This document shows, piece by piece, positions 23,176-32,115 of a stretch of DNA of 32,116 nt. The DNA comes from a virus. Its lineage: Duplodnaviria; Caudoviricetes. Position numbers and translations under genes: made by a program. The first letter of the stretch is position 1; the number at the start of each line of letters is the position of its first letter. The stretch covers positions 1-32,116 of the IMG/VR virus record IMGVR_UViG_3300016464_000173. The stretch is one strand, 5' to 3'. The notes under the pieces were generated by a model. That model worked only from the letters and a program-made list of their open reading frames with translations, searched no databases and was not told where the DNA came from.

Positions 23176-25572
23176 TTAGGTCGTGACGATCTCGTTGCAC
23201 TCGGCGAACGACTCGGGGTGACGTACCGCGAAGTCGCAGTCGTGGAACGCAACCACGCGAACCGTACCGGCATTGCTGCCCGTGTACTGATCGACGAGGA
23301 TGTCGATGCCCGACCACTGGCCGATCAGCAACTCGCTCCACACGCCAAAGATCATCGCCGACAGATTGCTTCCGGTGCCCTTCGAGAGGTTGGAAGGCAT
23401 CTGCTGCGAGACGACAATCGGGTAGCCGTAGAGGTTGTTAACATCGGGGCCGAGGATGAAGTTGCCTTCCACGCCCGAAGTCTGCTTCGAGGTGGACGCC
23501 AACTTGGCCTTGACCTGGCCGTTCGTCAAGAACGCGGCCGCACCGTTGAGCGCGTTGTCGATATCGACTTCACGCACGAGGCTCGTCACCATCGCCCACG
23601 TCGGCGCACCGCCGTTCGTGCCGAGCGTCACCGAGCCAATGCCCGAGGTGTTCAGCACGCCGGTCGGCTTGTTGCTGCCCGAGCCAGCCACAGCGGCACC
23701 GTCCATCGCCACCGCAATCGAGGTCGCCAGGTCATTGCGGACGAGGTTCTCGATGTCGAGCGACGACTGGAGCATGAGCCGACGGCTGATGTCCACGTAG
23801 GCGCCGAGGGTCTTCGGCGACATCGTGACTTGATCGAACGCCGGGGCGTTGGTGCTCTCCGTCGGGGCCACGTTCTCAGCAACCCAGTAGGCGGCAGAGG
23901 CGGCGGTCTTACGCGGAATGGCAACGTTGCCCTGCAAGCCCGTGAGGAACTGCGCGCCGAGGGTGTTCAGCACCATCTTGTTACGCAGCACGTCGATGAA
24001 CGAAGCGGCCAGCAGATCGGTCGCCACGGTGTTGCCAGCCTTGGCAGTGCCCGAAGCGGTCGAGGTCGTCAGATCGCGCTTGTACAGCACGTCCACCGGG
24101 ACGAGCAGACCACGCGAGGTGCGGCCTTCCTTCTTCGCAGCAGCCTCGGAAACCTCAAACTCAAAACGAGCGGCTTCCTGCGCGGCACGATCCTGCGGGT
24201 TCGCAAGAGCGCGAATCGCCTTGACGAACGAGAAAGCGCGAACTTCCTTATCCGACAGGCCGACTTCCATATCGACGTTCAGCGGCTTGGAGGCCACCTT
24301 GTCGAGCAGGGCACCACGGAACTGCTCAATCGACGCGCCATCACGAATGGCAGACTCGCCAAACTCGCGCTGGCCGTGACGGCTGGCAAGGTCAAGAATA
24401 GCCGCAACGCGCTCGCGCTCGGCCTTTGCAGCGCCCTCTCGGGCGATATTGATATCTTCCATTTTTGTCTCCTTAACAAAAATTATAGGGTCAGCAGCCG
24501 GAGCCGGTGCGGGCGATTCCAAAGAACGCCCAACGCCGACGCTGGTATCTGCCGGAATTGAAACAATGCTGATCTCAAGAGGCATCCAACGGGTCGCGCG
24601 GTAAATCTCCCGATCACCTTGCTTCCCATCCGAAACCATCTCGTTAATGACGTAACCGACAGACACGTTCGACCGTATTCCGTCCTTCACGTCTTGATAG
24701 ATTTCCTCGGCCCTTGCGCTTTTCCCAAAGCGCACGACTGCCCGCGCCACGCGGTCAGCCCCGAGGTTGATCTGCTCCACGACTCCGATCTGATCGGACA
24801 TCTCGTGATCCACCAAAAGCGGCGCGCGGCCGCTTCCGATAAATTCTGTATTGATTGCGCCGGGCGAATGATCGAGCACTTCCATGCCCCAGCCGCGATC
24901 CACCGGCATCTCACTCGAGAACGCGAGTGTCGCGCGGCGGTCATCTGTAACCACGCGCTCGAACACCGCAGAGCGAAACACGCGGTCGGTTGGCCCCTTG
25001 CGCTTGCCCGGTCCAACGTAGTCGGGATCGCCCGGCTCATGGCCGTAGATATCCTTCGGGCGCGCTGCCTCTGCCACAACTTCTGCGGCTTCTTCGGCGG
25101 CTTCCTCGAAAGCCTCGATCTGCTCGTCGGCCTCTTCGCTTTCGTCCATGTCGTACTCCGACTTGGCGAAAGTCACCGTCACCGTCGCTTCGTCTTCGAC
25201 GACAGCGATCACATGGCGCTTTTCTATCGTGTCCATATTTCGGCCCTCATCTTCTCGATCCAGTTCTTCGCTCTTGCGATTAGCCCAGGTTTTGCCGGGG
25301 TCTCCACCCCAGAGCGCCCACGCGATACGGCCCGCCGAGGGGTAGCCCTCTTCGCCGGGGCTGAAGCCTTCGGCCTCTTTATCGACTTCGTGTCTTGCAA
25401 AGTAACTCACCATCCTTCGGACTGTTTCGGGCGAAAGATTCGTCCGATTCTTGATGTCACGCGCTCGGGCCACACCGACGGCTGTACCGCCGCGCCCGAA
25501 CTCTTCACGCCAAGCAAGTCCGCGCTCGGCCTCTGCTGCCATCGCCTCTGTAGGTTTTAGATCAACGGCCAT
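23176..25572 (-). CDS. Fusion: unknown N-domain + HK97-type prohead protease + scaffold/major capsid protein
   Basis: FSSE, PLLVDH, QIGVV, NVSVGY, EISIVSIPAD (S78 protease); WVAE, FDQVT.SPK.L, ISRRL..QS, G.G.NKP.G (HK97 fold). Confidence 0.92.
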   Translation of the reverse strand: MAVDLKPTEAMAAEAERGLAWREEFGRGGTAVGVARARDIKNRTNLSPETVRRMVSYFARHEVDKEAEGFSPGEEGYPSAGRIAWALWGGDPGKTWANRKSEELDREDEGRNMDTIEKRHVIAVVEDEATVTVTFAKSEYDMDESEEADEQIEAFEEAAEEAAEVVAEAARPKDIYGHEPGDPDYVGPGKRKGPTDRVFRSAVFERVVTDDRRATLAFSSEMPVDRGWGMEVLDHSPGAINTEFIGSGRAPLLVDHEMSDQIGVVEQINLGADRVARAVVRFGKSARAEEIYQDVKDGIRSNVSVGYVINEMVSDGKQGDREIYRATRWMPLEISIVSIPADTSVGVGRSLESPAPAPAADPIIFVKETKMEDINIAREGAAKAERERVAAILDLASRHGQREFGESAIRDGASIEQFRGALLDKVASKPLNVDMEVGLSDKEVRAFSFVKAIRALANPQDRAAQEAARFEFEVSEAAAKKEGRTSRGLLVPVDVLYKRDLTTSTASGTAKAGNTVATDLLAASFIDVLRNKMVLNTLGAQFLTGLQGNVAIPRKTAASAAYWVAENVAPTESTNAPAFDQVTMSPKTLGAYVDISRRLMLQSSLDIENLVRNDLATSIAVAMDGAAVAGSGSNKPTGVLNTSGIGSVTLGTNGGAPTWAMVTSLVREVDIDNALNGAAAFLTNGQVKAKLASTSKQTSGVEGNFILGPDVNNLYGYPIVVSQQMPSNLSKGTGSNLSAMIFGVWSELLIGQWSGIDILVDQYTGSNAGTVRVVAFHDCDFAVRHPESFAECNEIVTT
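24462..24475 (-). promoter_or_regulatory. Internal in-frame RBS/start for a stand-alone capsid protein (428 aa)
   Basis: TAAGGAGACAAAAATG in an AT-rich patch at the protease/capsid junction. Confidence 0.7.
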
Positions 25573-27890
25573 TATTCCAACCTCAAGAACGATTCTGCGC
25601 TTGTTGTCAAGGTGAGCGCAACTACACGCACCGTGCCGTCGCTGCCCTTTACCTTGATGGTGAGCGTCGAGTTGTCCGTGATCTCAAAAACCATGTCGCC
25701 GTTGCTGGCTGGAGTTGCACTCGCGGCTGGCTTATATGTCACCGCACTAATGCTGCCGCCCGTGATCGCTACGGCGCTCGCATTCTGCGTGGACATCGTG
25801 CCGAGGCCCGATACCGCCGTGTTTGCAATGGCAATATTTGTATTCGATGCGGCAGTCAGTCGGCCCTGCGCGTCCACCGTGAAGGTGCCGACTTGCGAGG
25901 CCGAGCCATACGATGCTGCCGTCACTGTGGTATTGGCGAGCGCAATCGACCGATTCGCAGTCAGATCGCCGCCGCCGCTCAAGCCAGTGCCAGCCGAAAT
26001 CGTGATGGCAGATGCCGCAGCGCCGAGGCTTGTCAGTGCAGCCCCCGCCGTCGTAGCACCCGTTCCACCATTCGCCACGGCCACCGTGCCGGTGACATTG
26101 GATGCAGTGCCGGTGGTGTTTTGGTTCAGAGTCGGGACGTCTGCCGCCTGTATCGCGGCCATCACCACATTGGTGCCGTTGCCTCGCAGATACTGGCCGC
26201 TGGTTACAGCGCCAGCAAACGCATTCATCGCAGCCTGCGCGCTCGTCTGCCCGCTGCCGCCGTTCGCAATCGCTACCGTGCCGGTGACGTTTGATGCCGT
26301 GCCGGTCGTATTCTGGTTCAAGGTCGGCACGTCACCGGCTTGAATAGTCGACATCACCACATTCGTGCCATTTCCGCGCAGATACTGACCGCTCGTCACG
26401 GCACCGGCAAATATATTCATCGCAGACTGCGCGGAGGTCTGCCCAGTGCCGCCATTAGCGACGGCAAGAGTTCCGGCTAGGGTAATCGTCCCGGCCCCTG
26501 TAATCGGGCCTCCGCTCGTTGTAAGGCCGGTCGTGCCGCCGCTGACGTCAATGCTCGTGACCGAGCCAACGCCGCCAGCGGGCACCCATTCGACGTCCGT
26601 GCCGCCGACGTTGACCGCGAGCACCTTGCCCGCGTTGCTGGAGTACGACGGCAGAAGGTTAGTCCGCGCGCCCGATGCGCTCGATGCGCCCGTGCCGCCA
26701 TCGGTCACGGCAAGGTCGGTAATCCCCGAAATCGTGCCGCCGGTGATCGTGCCGCCGCTGATCGAGACGTTGTTGGCATTCTGGGTTGACATCGTGCCAA
26801 GCCCAGAAACCGCCGTGTTCGCAATCGAGATCGCGCTGTTTGCCGCCGCAGTCAGTCGGCCTTGAGCATCGACCGTAAAAGTCGCAACTGAACTCGAAGA
26901 GCCATACGATCCGGCGCTCACCGCAGTATTGGCGAGGCTGATCGTGCCTGTGGCCGTAATCGGCCCGCCAGTTAGTCCTGTGCCGGTTGCAACACTCGTT
27001 ACGGTACCAACTTGCGGCGCAGCAATCGTAATACTGCCCGCGCCGTTCGTAATCGTGATGCCAGCGCCAGCAGTAAGATTGGCATTTTTCCAGAGCGAGG
27101 TCGATGCGTCATAAATGATTAACTGCCCATTGGCGGGTGAGTTGATCTGTACGTCGTGGATTTCGTCGAGTTCGTAGCCATTCTGCACGCGGACGTAAAT
27201 CTGTCCGTTGCCAGCATTGGCACGCTCTACTACACCAATATAAACAAGATGATTCGGTGCTTTCGGCTTCGTCGCTGTAAAAGTTCCGGCTGTCGCACCG
27301 AGGTACAGCGTATCGCCTTCGCTATAGGCGCTCGTGTCAATCTTATCTAGTACGCCTTGGCAGATAACAAGACCGTTTGCGCCTTGCGCGATATTCTCCG
27401 CAGCAAGCCCAAAGGTTTTGGCCGATGTCGCGTCACTCGTGTTATACGCCAACTTGACCGATGCTTTGTTGCCGGTCGCCTGGTACAGATAAACCGCTTG
27501 CCCTTTGTTGATCTGGAAAGACTCGGCATTGTGAACGTAGGCATACATTTGCTGCCCGAGTTCCGCCTGCACGTTTCCGCCCACCATGCCAATCTGCACA
27601 GTGCCCGTGTCGGGATTCCATGCAAGACGCCGTGTTGCGTCAGCCGCGCCAGCCGCAGCGAAGTCGATATACGTCGGCGTGGCAATGCCGCCGGTCAAGC
27701 CGTTCATCGAGGTGATGTCGCTGTTCGCGCCCTTCTTGGCCGCTTCCGGCCAGCCGGTGCGAACGATCACCTCGGTCTCGCTTTCCTCGATGATTACCGA
27801 GTTTAATTGCTCATCAACAACCATGTTCGTTGATGAGTCGTTAACGATCAAATTCTGATTTGTTTCGTTAACGATCAGTCTCGTGCTCAC
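25572..27890 (-). CDS. Long Gly/Thr/Ala/Ser-rich fibre (probable head or neck fibre)
   Basis: Decoration-like domain (KGQAVY...GLAAENI..G..G.V...G...GDTLYL), LDEIHDV motif, GTVAVANGGTG and GTGL.GG repeats. Confidence 0.75.
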   Translation of the reverse strand: MSTRLIVNETNQNLIVNDSSTNMVVDEQLNSVIIEESETEVIVRTGWPEAAKKGANSDITSMNGLTGGIATPTYIDFAAAGAADATRRLAWNPDTGTVQIGMVGGNVQAELGQQMYAYVHNAESFQINKGQAVYLYQATGNKASVKLAYNTSDATSAKTFGLAAENIAQGANGLVICQGVLDKIDTSAYSEGDTLYLGATAGTFTATKPKAPNHLVYIGVVERANAGNGQIYVRVQNGYELDEIHDVQINSPANGQLIIYDASTSLWKNANLTAGAGITITNGAGSITIAAPQVGTVTSVATGTGLTGGPITATGTISLANTAVSAGSYGSSSSVATFTVDAQGRLTAAANSAISIANTAVSGLGTMSTQNANNVSISGGTITGGTISGITDLAVTDGGTGASSASGARTNLLPSYSSNAGKVLAVNVGGTDVEWVPAGGVGSVTSIDVSGGTTGLTTSGGPITGAGTITLAGTLAVANGGTGQTSAQSAMNIFAGAVTSGQYLRGNGTNVVMSTIQAGDVPTLNQNTTGTASNVTGTVAIANGGSGQTSAQAAMNAFAGAVTSGQYLRGNGTNVVMAAIQAADVPTLNQNTTGTASNVTGTVAVANGGTGATTAGAALTSLGAAASAITISAGTGLSGGGDLTANRSIALANTTVTAASYGSASQVGTFTVDAQGRLTAASNTNIAIANTAVSGLGTMSTQNASAVAITGGSISAVTYKPAASATPASNGDMVFEITDNSTLTIKVKGSDGTVRVVALTLTTSAESFLRLE
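26091..26474 (-). repeat. Tandem 192-bp (64-aa) duplication in fibre gene
   Basis: GTxAxANGGxGQTSAQxAMNxFAGAVTSGQYLRGNGTNVVM...VPTLNQNTTGTASNVT twice. Confidence 0.85.
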
Positions 27891-28234
27891 CGAGTAACCT
27901 CCGCGTCAACGGTGAAACATCCTTGGATAAGGCGCGTTACCGTTCCGCCGCTAGAGACCACCTCAAGGTCATAGACGTATTCGCCCGCAGTCACCGCAGC
28001 CGTATCGGTCGCAGAGACCAAAAGCGTGATCGTGCCCGCAGCGCCGCCAAGTGTGATGCGGCTGTTCTCTGTGGTCAGAGACAGCAGCACGGTCGAAGAG
28101 TCAGCCGTCGCACGTACTTGCATTCGCGCGGTGTAACCCGTCAAGTTCACCGGATTGGCCGATGAATCCTGCCACGTCAGAATGCGCGAAAAGGTTGCGC
28201 CTTGATCGCAAACGATGTCGTAGTTAGCCGCCAT
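27887..28234 (-). CDS. LtfC/BppU-like fibre adaptor
   Basis: DQGATF, NLTGYTARMQVR, YVYDLEV, TRLIQG.F.V..EVTR; directly upstream of fibre. Confidence 0.65.
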   Translation of the reverse strand: MAANYDIVCDQGATFSRILTWQDSSANPVNLTGYTARMQVRATADSSTVLLSLTTENSRITLGGAAGTITLLVSATDTAAVTAGEYVYDLEVVSSGGTVTRLIQGCFTVDAEVTR

Positions 28235-29858
28235 TTGTCACCCCACTTGCAGGCGCGGGTTCTAAAAAGAACTCCGCAGGCTCGATGGGATCGACCATCT
28301 TTCGAGCATCTTCTGCGCTGATCGGGAAAGACTGAATAAGAATCTGAACCGCGCTTTCCTTTGGCAATATGCCTTCGCGTACTTTTTGCAATATGTCGAT
28401 CATTGCAGTGATCTGCACGCCAGTGAATGCCTGCTCGGCGTCGCTCGCCACTGCGCCCGCACTGTCTGGCGCGATCTTATCGCTCAATTCAGTTTCCGCT
28501 TGCTGCTCAAGCAAAACGTCCTCAAGGTCTAGGCCACGCTCTGCAAGGGCTTGTGTCTTTGTCATCAAGCCGTTGTTAATGGCAAGAATCTGTGCCTCGG
28601 CTTCATTGCGAGGATCGACCCATTGCCAGCCACGAGGCACCCAGATCGTCGCGCTGAACTTGACAAACTTGCTTGCGGGCAGATTGACCACGCCAGCGTC
28701 AAGCGTCTGCCGCAGCCAGCGCAGATACACCGGCTGGCAGAAATGCTCAATCACCCAGTTCTGCACCATGCGCCAGTGATCGCGCTCTTCAAGCAAGCCC
28801 TGCCGAATGCTTGAGTACGAAACCGCCTCAAGGTCATTCGCCAGCGACGTATACGAAACGCCGAGGCCAGACGCAATGCCGCGAAGCATGGCCTTTTCGA
28901 AATCTCGGAAAGCCGTGCTCGGGTGCTGCGGGTCGTAAGACTTGAAGTCTACGCCAGCGGGCAACTGCGCGAACTGTCCAGGCTGTACGTCCATCGACAG
29001 CGAGCCGTCGGTGTTGTTGCCATCGCCCTGGTACTCATCGCCGCTTTCGCTGACGAAAAATCCCATCTTGCTGGCCGAGATACGCGCGGCGACTAGTTCC
29101 GCCTCCTCGTATCCGCCCAGCATCTTGAGGCGCGTCATCGCCGTAGCCGTCCACGGTGAGCCGCGATTCTGTCCGATGCGATCCGGCCGGAATGCGTGAA
29201 TCATCCGGTCAGCCGGTATGCGCTCGGTGCGCGGGTTCGTGCTGCCGATCTGGTAGTCATCGGGCGGGCGCACACGAACGTGATAAGCAACCGGCCTACC
29301 CGCAGCGTCCACCTCGATGCCCATGCGAATCTGCCCGCCGTTGGCGAGAATCTCGTTCTTGTCTTGGTCGATCAGATCGGGGTCAATGAACTGCAATCGG
29401 AAGCGGAAAGGGTTTGCGTTGTCCTCCACAAAAAGCACAAAGCATTCGCCATCGCGCGCGACCGATTCGATGAACACGCGCTGCGCGTCAATCCACGACA
29501 GCCGACCATCGACCGTGCAGACGCCCGGTTGGCCCCATGCGTAGAACGCTGCCTCGAGTTGCTGGTTCGCAATTTGATCCAGCGCGCCGGTTAACTCCCG
29601 CGCACGTACTTGCAGCGTGATCCCCTTCGGCCCGACTACGTTAGTCGAGACTAGGTTCAGATACCGCCGCGCGTAGTCGTTATTCTGGCAAAGGTCGCGC
29701 GAGCGAGCGCGCATCGCTCGCAGAGCGTAGCGCAGATCGCTGTCGGCGGTCTTTGTTTGGGTCATCCAGTCACTAAACAGTCGGCCGGTATTAGCAGCCT
29801 CGAATCCTCGCTTGCGAGAGGGCTTCGGCGTGCGCTTGAAAATGTCCAATATGCTCAT
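28224..29858 (-). CDS. Portal protein, lambda family
   Basis: RARSRDL.QNN, RDGE, Q.RG, YSSIR, WVDPRNE. Confidence 0.92.
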   Translation of the reverse strand: MSILDIFKRTPKPSRKRGFEAANTGRLFSDWMTQTKTADSDLRYALRAMRARSRDLCQNNDYARRYLNLVSTNVVGPKGITLQVRARELTGALDQIANQQLEAAFYAWGQPGVCTVDGRLSWIDAQRVFIESVARDGECFVLFVEDNANPFRFRLQFIDPDLIDQDKNEILANGGQIRMGIEVDAAGRPVAYHVRVRPPDDYQIGSTNPRTERIPADRMIHAFRPDRIGQNRGSPWTATAMTRLKMLGGYEEAELVAARISASKMGFFVSESGDEYQGDGNNTDGSLSMDVQPGQFAQLPAGVDFKSYDPQHPSTAFRDFEKAMLRGIASGLGVSYTSLANDLEAVSYSSIRQGLLEERDHWRMVQNWVIEHFCQPVYLRWLRQTLDAGVVNLPASKFVKFSATIWVPRGWQWVDPRNEAEAQILAINNGLMTKTQALAERGLDLEDVLLEQQAETELSDKIAPDSAGAVASDAEQAFTGVQITAMIDILQKVREGILPKESAVQILIQSFPISAEDARKMVDPIEPAEFFLEPAPASGVTNGG

Positions 29859-30442
29859 GCCGAAAACCTCACGCGAATCGTGGCATTGGTGCCGAGACCC
29901 TTGCGAATCTGCTCGGCTCGCTGCTCGCGTACCACCTCACCCTTTAACCGCTCGCGCTCGACATAAAGATCAGCGCGATTCCAGCGCGACAGCGACCGGC
30001 CCGCAATCGAGTAGGACGCGGCTGCAATGTTAGTCGGGTCTTTTAGATAGGTCTCGATGTTGTCGAGCGCGATCTGTGCAAACGAGCGCGGATCGACAGA
30101 ATCCGTGCTGCGATTGGGCGCAATGTCGAAAACGCCGCGATCCACCTCGACGCGGGCAGAGTCCGACGTGCGGGTGATGTATGCCACCCAGTGATACCGT
30201 CCCGGCTCGTAATCGTCGGTCGTGTTTGATACCACCTCGACCGTATACGCCGTTGTCGATCCTGTCGTGCTAATCGCAATACGCTCGCCGGTAATCTCGC
30301 GGCGCAGCACGTAAGACAGACTGTAAGCCGATGACGGGTAATCCGTCACAAGGTCGGTGCGCTTCCATGCCCACAGATCGCCGATCTGCAATGAGGCAGG
30401 CTCGCGCGTGGGGTAGTTTGCGGAATCAAAAAGATTAGCCAT
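29855..30442 (-). CDS. gpW-like head completion protein with N-terminal extra domain
   Basis: C-terminal SYSIAGRSLSR...IRVRF immediately upstream of portal. Confidence 0.7.
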   Translation of the reverse strand: MANLFDSANYPTREPASLQIGDLWAWKRTDLVTDYPSSAYSLSYVLRREITGERIAISTTGSTTAYTVEVVSNTTDDYEPGRYHWVAYITRTSDSARVEVDRGVFDIAPNRSTDSVDPRSFAQIALDNIETYLKDPTNIAAASYSIAGRSLSRWNRADLYVERERLKGEVVREQRAEQIRKGLGTNATIRVRFSA

Positions 30443-30459
30443 AGACCACCCCGCTCGAC

Positions 30460-30618
30460 TTACTGCTTCGGCGCGTCATCTTTCGGCAGATGCGGCTCGA
30501 CCTGTTCGCGCAATTTTAACCACAAGCCGTGCGCGTTGGAGGATGTCGGCAACTGGCCGAGCATATTGACGATTGCAACGGCCTCGGAAAGTTCCACCTT
30601 CAACTCGATCTCTTGCAT
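30460..30618 (-). CDS. Small fibre-associated hypothetical protein (52 aa)
   Basis: Start re-assigned to MQEIELKV (TAATG overlap); LGQLP motif. Confidence 0.6.
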   Translation of the reverse strand: MQEIELKVELSEAVAIVNMLGQLPTSSNAHGLWLKLREQVEPHLPKDDAPKQ

Positions 30619-30935
30619 TACTGCACCCACGGAAGCGGAGGATACACAATCGGCGGATTCTTCTGGTTCTCGATCTGCTGTGCGACCGCCGCCTCTGTGG
30701 CGTCCTTGTCTACACCGCTTGCCCATATCCAGCCGAGAACCTGGTCTTTTGTCAGATCAGCATACGGCGTGAAAGACTCGCCCGACGGCTGGAAAGAGGC
30801 CGTGCTGTAGACCGATCCGCTGTAGTTATCCTCGGAGCCATTGCACTGCCAATGCGCCACGATGACGTAATCCGCGCCCTGCTCGGACTGCGGCAGGCAG
30901 TCGAGGCGGGAAATGTTCCAGTTGTATTCGATCAT
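30618..30935 (-). CDS. Tail-fibre-associated protein (DUF7936-like)
   Basis: YNWNISRLDC, FTPYADLTKDQVLGW, PPLPW. Confidence 0.65.
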   Translation of the reverse strand: MIEYNWNISRLDCLPQSEQGADYVIVAHWQCNGSEDNYSGSVYSTASFQPSGESFTPYADLTKDQVLGWIWASGVDKDATEAAVAQQIENQKNPPIVYPPLPWVQ

Positions 30936-31198
30936 TTTTTGATTTCCCAGTAATTTCTATTAACGACATACGCATACACGCAGCAAGCGGCTAGCGTCAG
31001 CCACCAAAGGTTGACGTACCACAACGCCCACACCCCGACCAGTTTGACGCCGACCATCACGGCCAGCGGGTCGAACTTGGCAAAGAGTTTCGCCAGCACG
31101 GGGTTCAGTTCCCGCCCGTTTTGCTTGAGTACCGTCAAAGTTGTGTACACATCGGCGGCTTGCAAAAGGCAGAACAAGATTAGTAGGCCTGTGTTCAC
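30932..31198 (-). CDS. DUF5658-like membrane protein
   Basis: ADVYTT...G.ELNP, hydrophobic helices. Confidence 0.6.
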   Translation of the reverse strand: MNTGLLILFCLLQAADVYTTLTVLKQNGRELNPVLAKLFAKFDPLAVMVGVKLVGVWALWYVNLWWLTLAACCVYAYVVNRNYWEIKK

Positions 31199-32115
31199 TT
31201 GGCCTCCAGCGCGGCGACTTTGGCCTCAAGCGATTCGATACGCGCCATCGCTTCTTGCAGGGCTTTGACCGCCTTCATGTAGAGGATCGAATATTTGACC
31301 GACTTTGTGGTCGTGCCGAGGTCGTTGTTTTCTTCGTCACGATCCGCATCTTCGCTTACCAATCCCGGCGAGGTTTGCTCAAGTTCCTGCGCGATAACAC
31401 CGATCTGCAATGGAGCGTCCGGCGTGCGCTTGAAACGATACTTCCGAACCCGCACGGATTTGATGTCATCCCATTGAGACGCGGCATCTTCGATGTCTTG
31501 CTTCAACTTTAGGTCTGAAATTGCCGCGTAAGAGCCGTTTGTATTTTTTACGTCGCCGTCGGCGTCAACAGTGAACTGATACCCGCTGCCAGCAATAGCG
31601 CCAGCAAAATGATACGCGCCAGCGGTTGGCCCGGCAGGGAATTGCGAATACAAATTTACAACAGATGCGCCTGTGCTAGTTGTTCTTACAATTATGTTTA
31701 TATCGTCTTTATCGCTGCTAAATTCATACCTGTCGTTTGTTGAATTGGCATAAGTTCCCGTATTGCTGGCTTTGAAGAAACCCCCCGCCGTGAACCGGCC
31801 GCGTTCGGTGTTGTTGGTGAGGAACAACATCGCGTTGTTGTTGATTTGGTTGATGTACATATTGGAGTCGCCGGGATACCCGACATATCCAGCACGCGCA
31901 TCACTCCCCCACAAACTCAACAATGCCGCAGGATTTGATCCTTTTGCGGTGTCAGAGTCCTGAATAATTGCTTCGCCAGTAGCCCCTGCAACATGCAGCC
32001 GCGCAGTCGGACTCGCCGTGCCGATGCCCAAATTCGTCCCATCAAACACCAGCACCGACCCACTCGTCGCCACCTTGCTGCCGTTCAGGTACAACACGCC
32101 GTTGGCGGTGCCGCC
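31195..32115 (-). CDS. Fibre/spike with C-terminal peptidase S74 intramolecular chaperone (5' end off window)
   Basis: NLGIGTASP, SDLKLKQDI, IGVIAQELE, VKY, ALQE coiled coil; frame open to the window edge. Confidence 0.85.
   Translation of the reverse strand, partial: GGTANGVLYLNGSKVATSGSVLVFDGTNLGIGTASPTARLHVAGATGEAIIQDSDTAKGSNPAALLSLWGSDARAGYVGYPGDSNMYINQINNNAMLFLTNNTERGRFTAGGFFKASNTGTYANSTNDRYEFSSDKDDINIIVRTTSTGASVVNLYSQFPAGPTAGAYHFAGAIAGSGYQFTVDADGDVKNTNGSYAAISDLKLKQDIEDAASQWDDIKSVRVRKYRFKRTPDAPLQIGVIAQELEQTSPGLVSEDADRDEENNDLGTTTKSVKYSILYMKAVKALQEAMARIESLEAKVAALEAK

Noticed and set aside
23173-23341. Capsid-transferase fusion by -1 frameshift
   Set aside because: The frame is open upstream but no slippery heptamer is visible, and a GTG start follows the capsid stop
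23155-24561. Long plus-strand ORFs (468 aa here; also 24619-25560, 18993-19937, 25612-26343)
   Set aside because: Antisense shadows of GC-rich genes with no motifs
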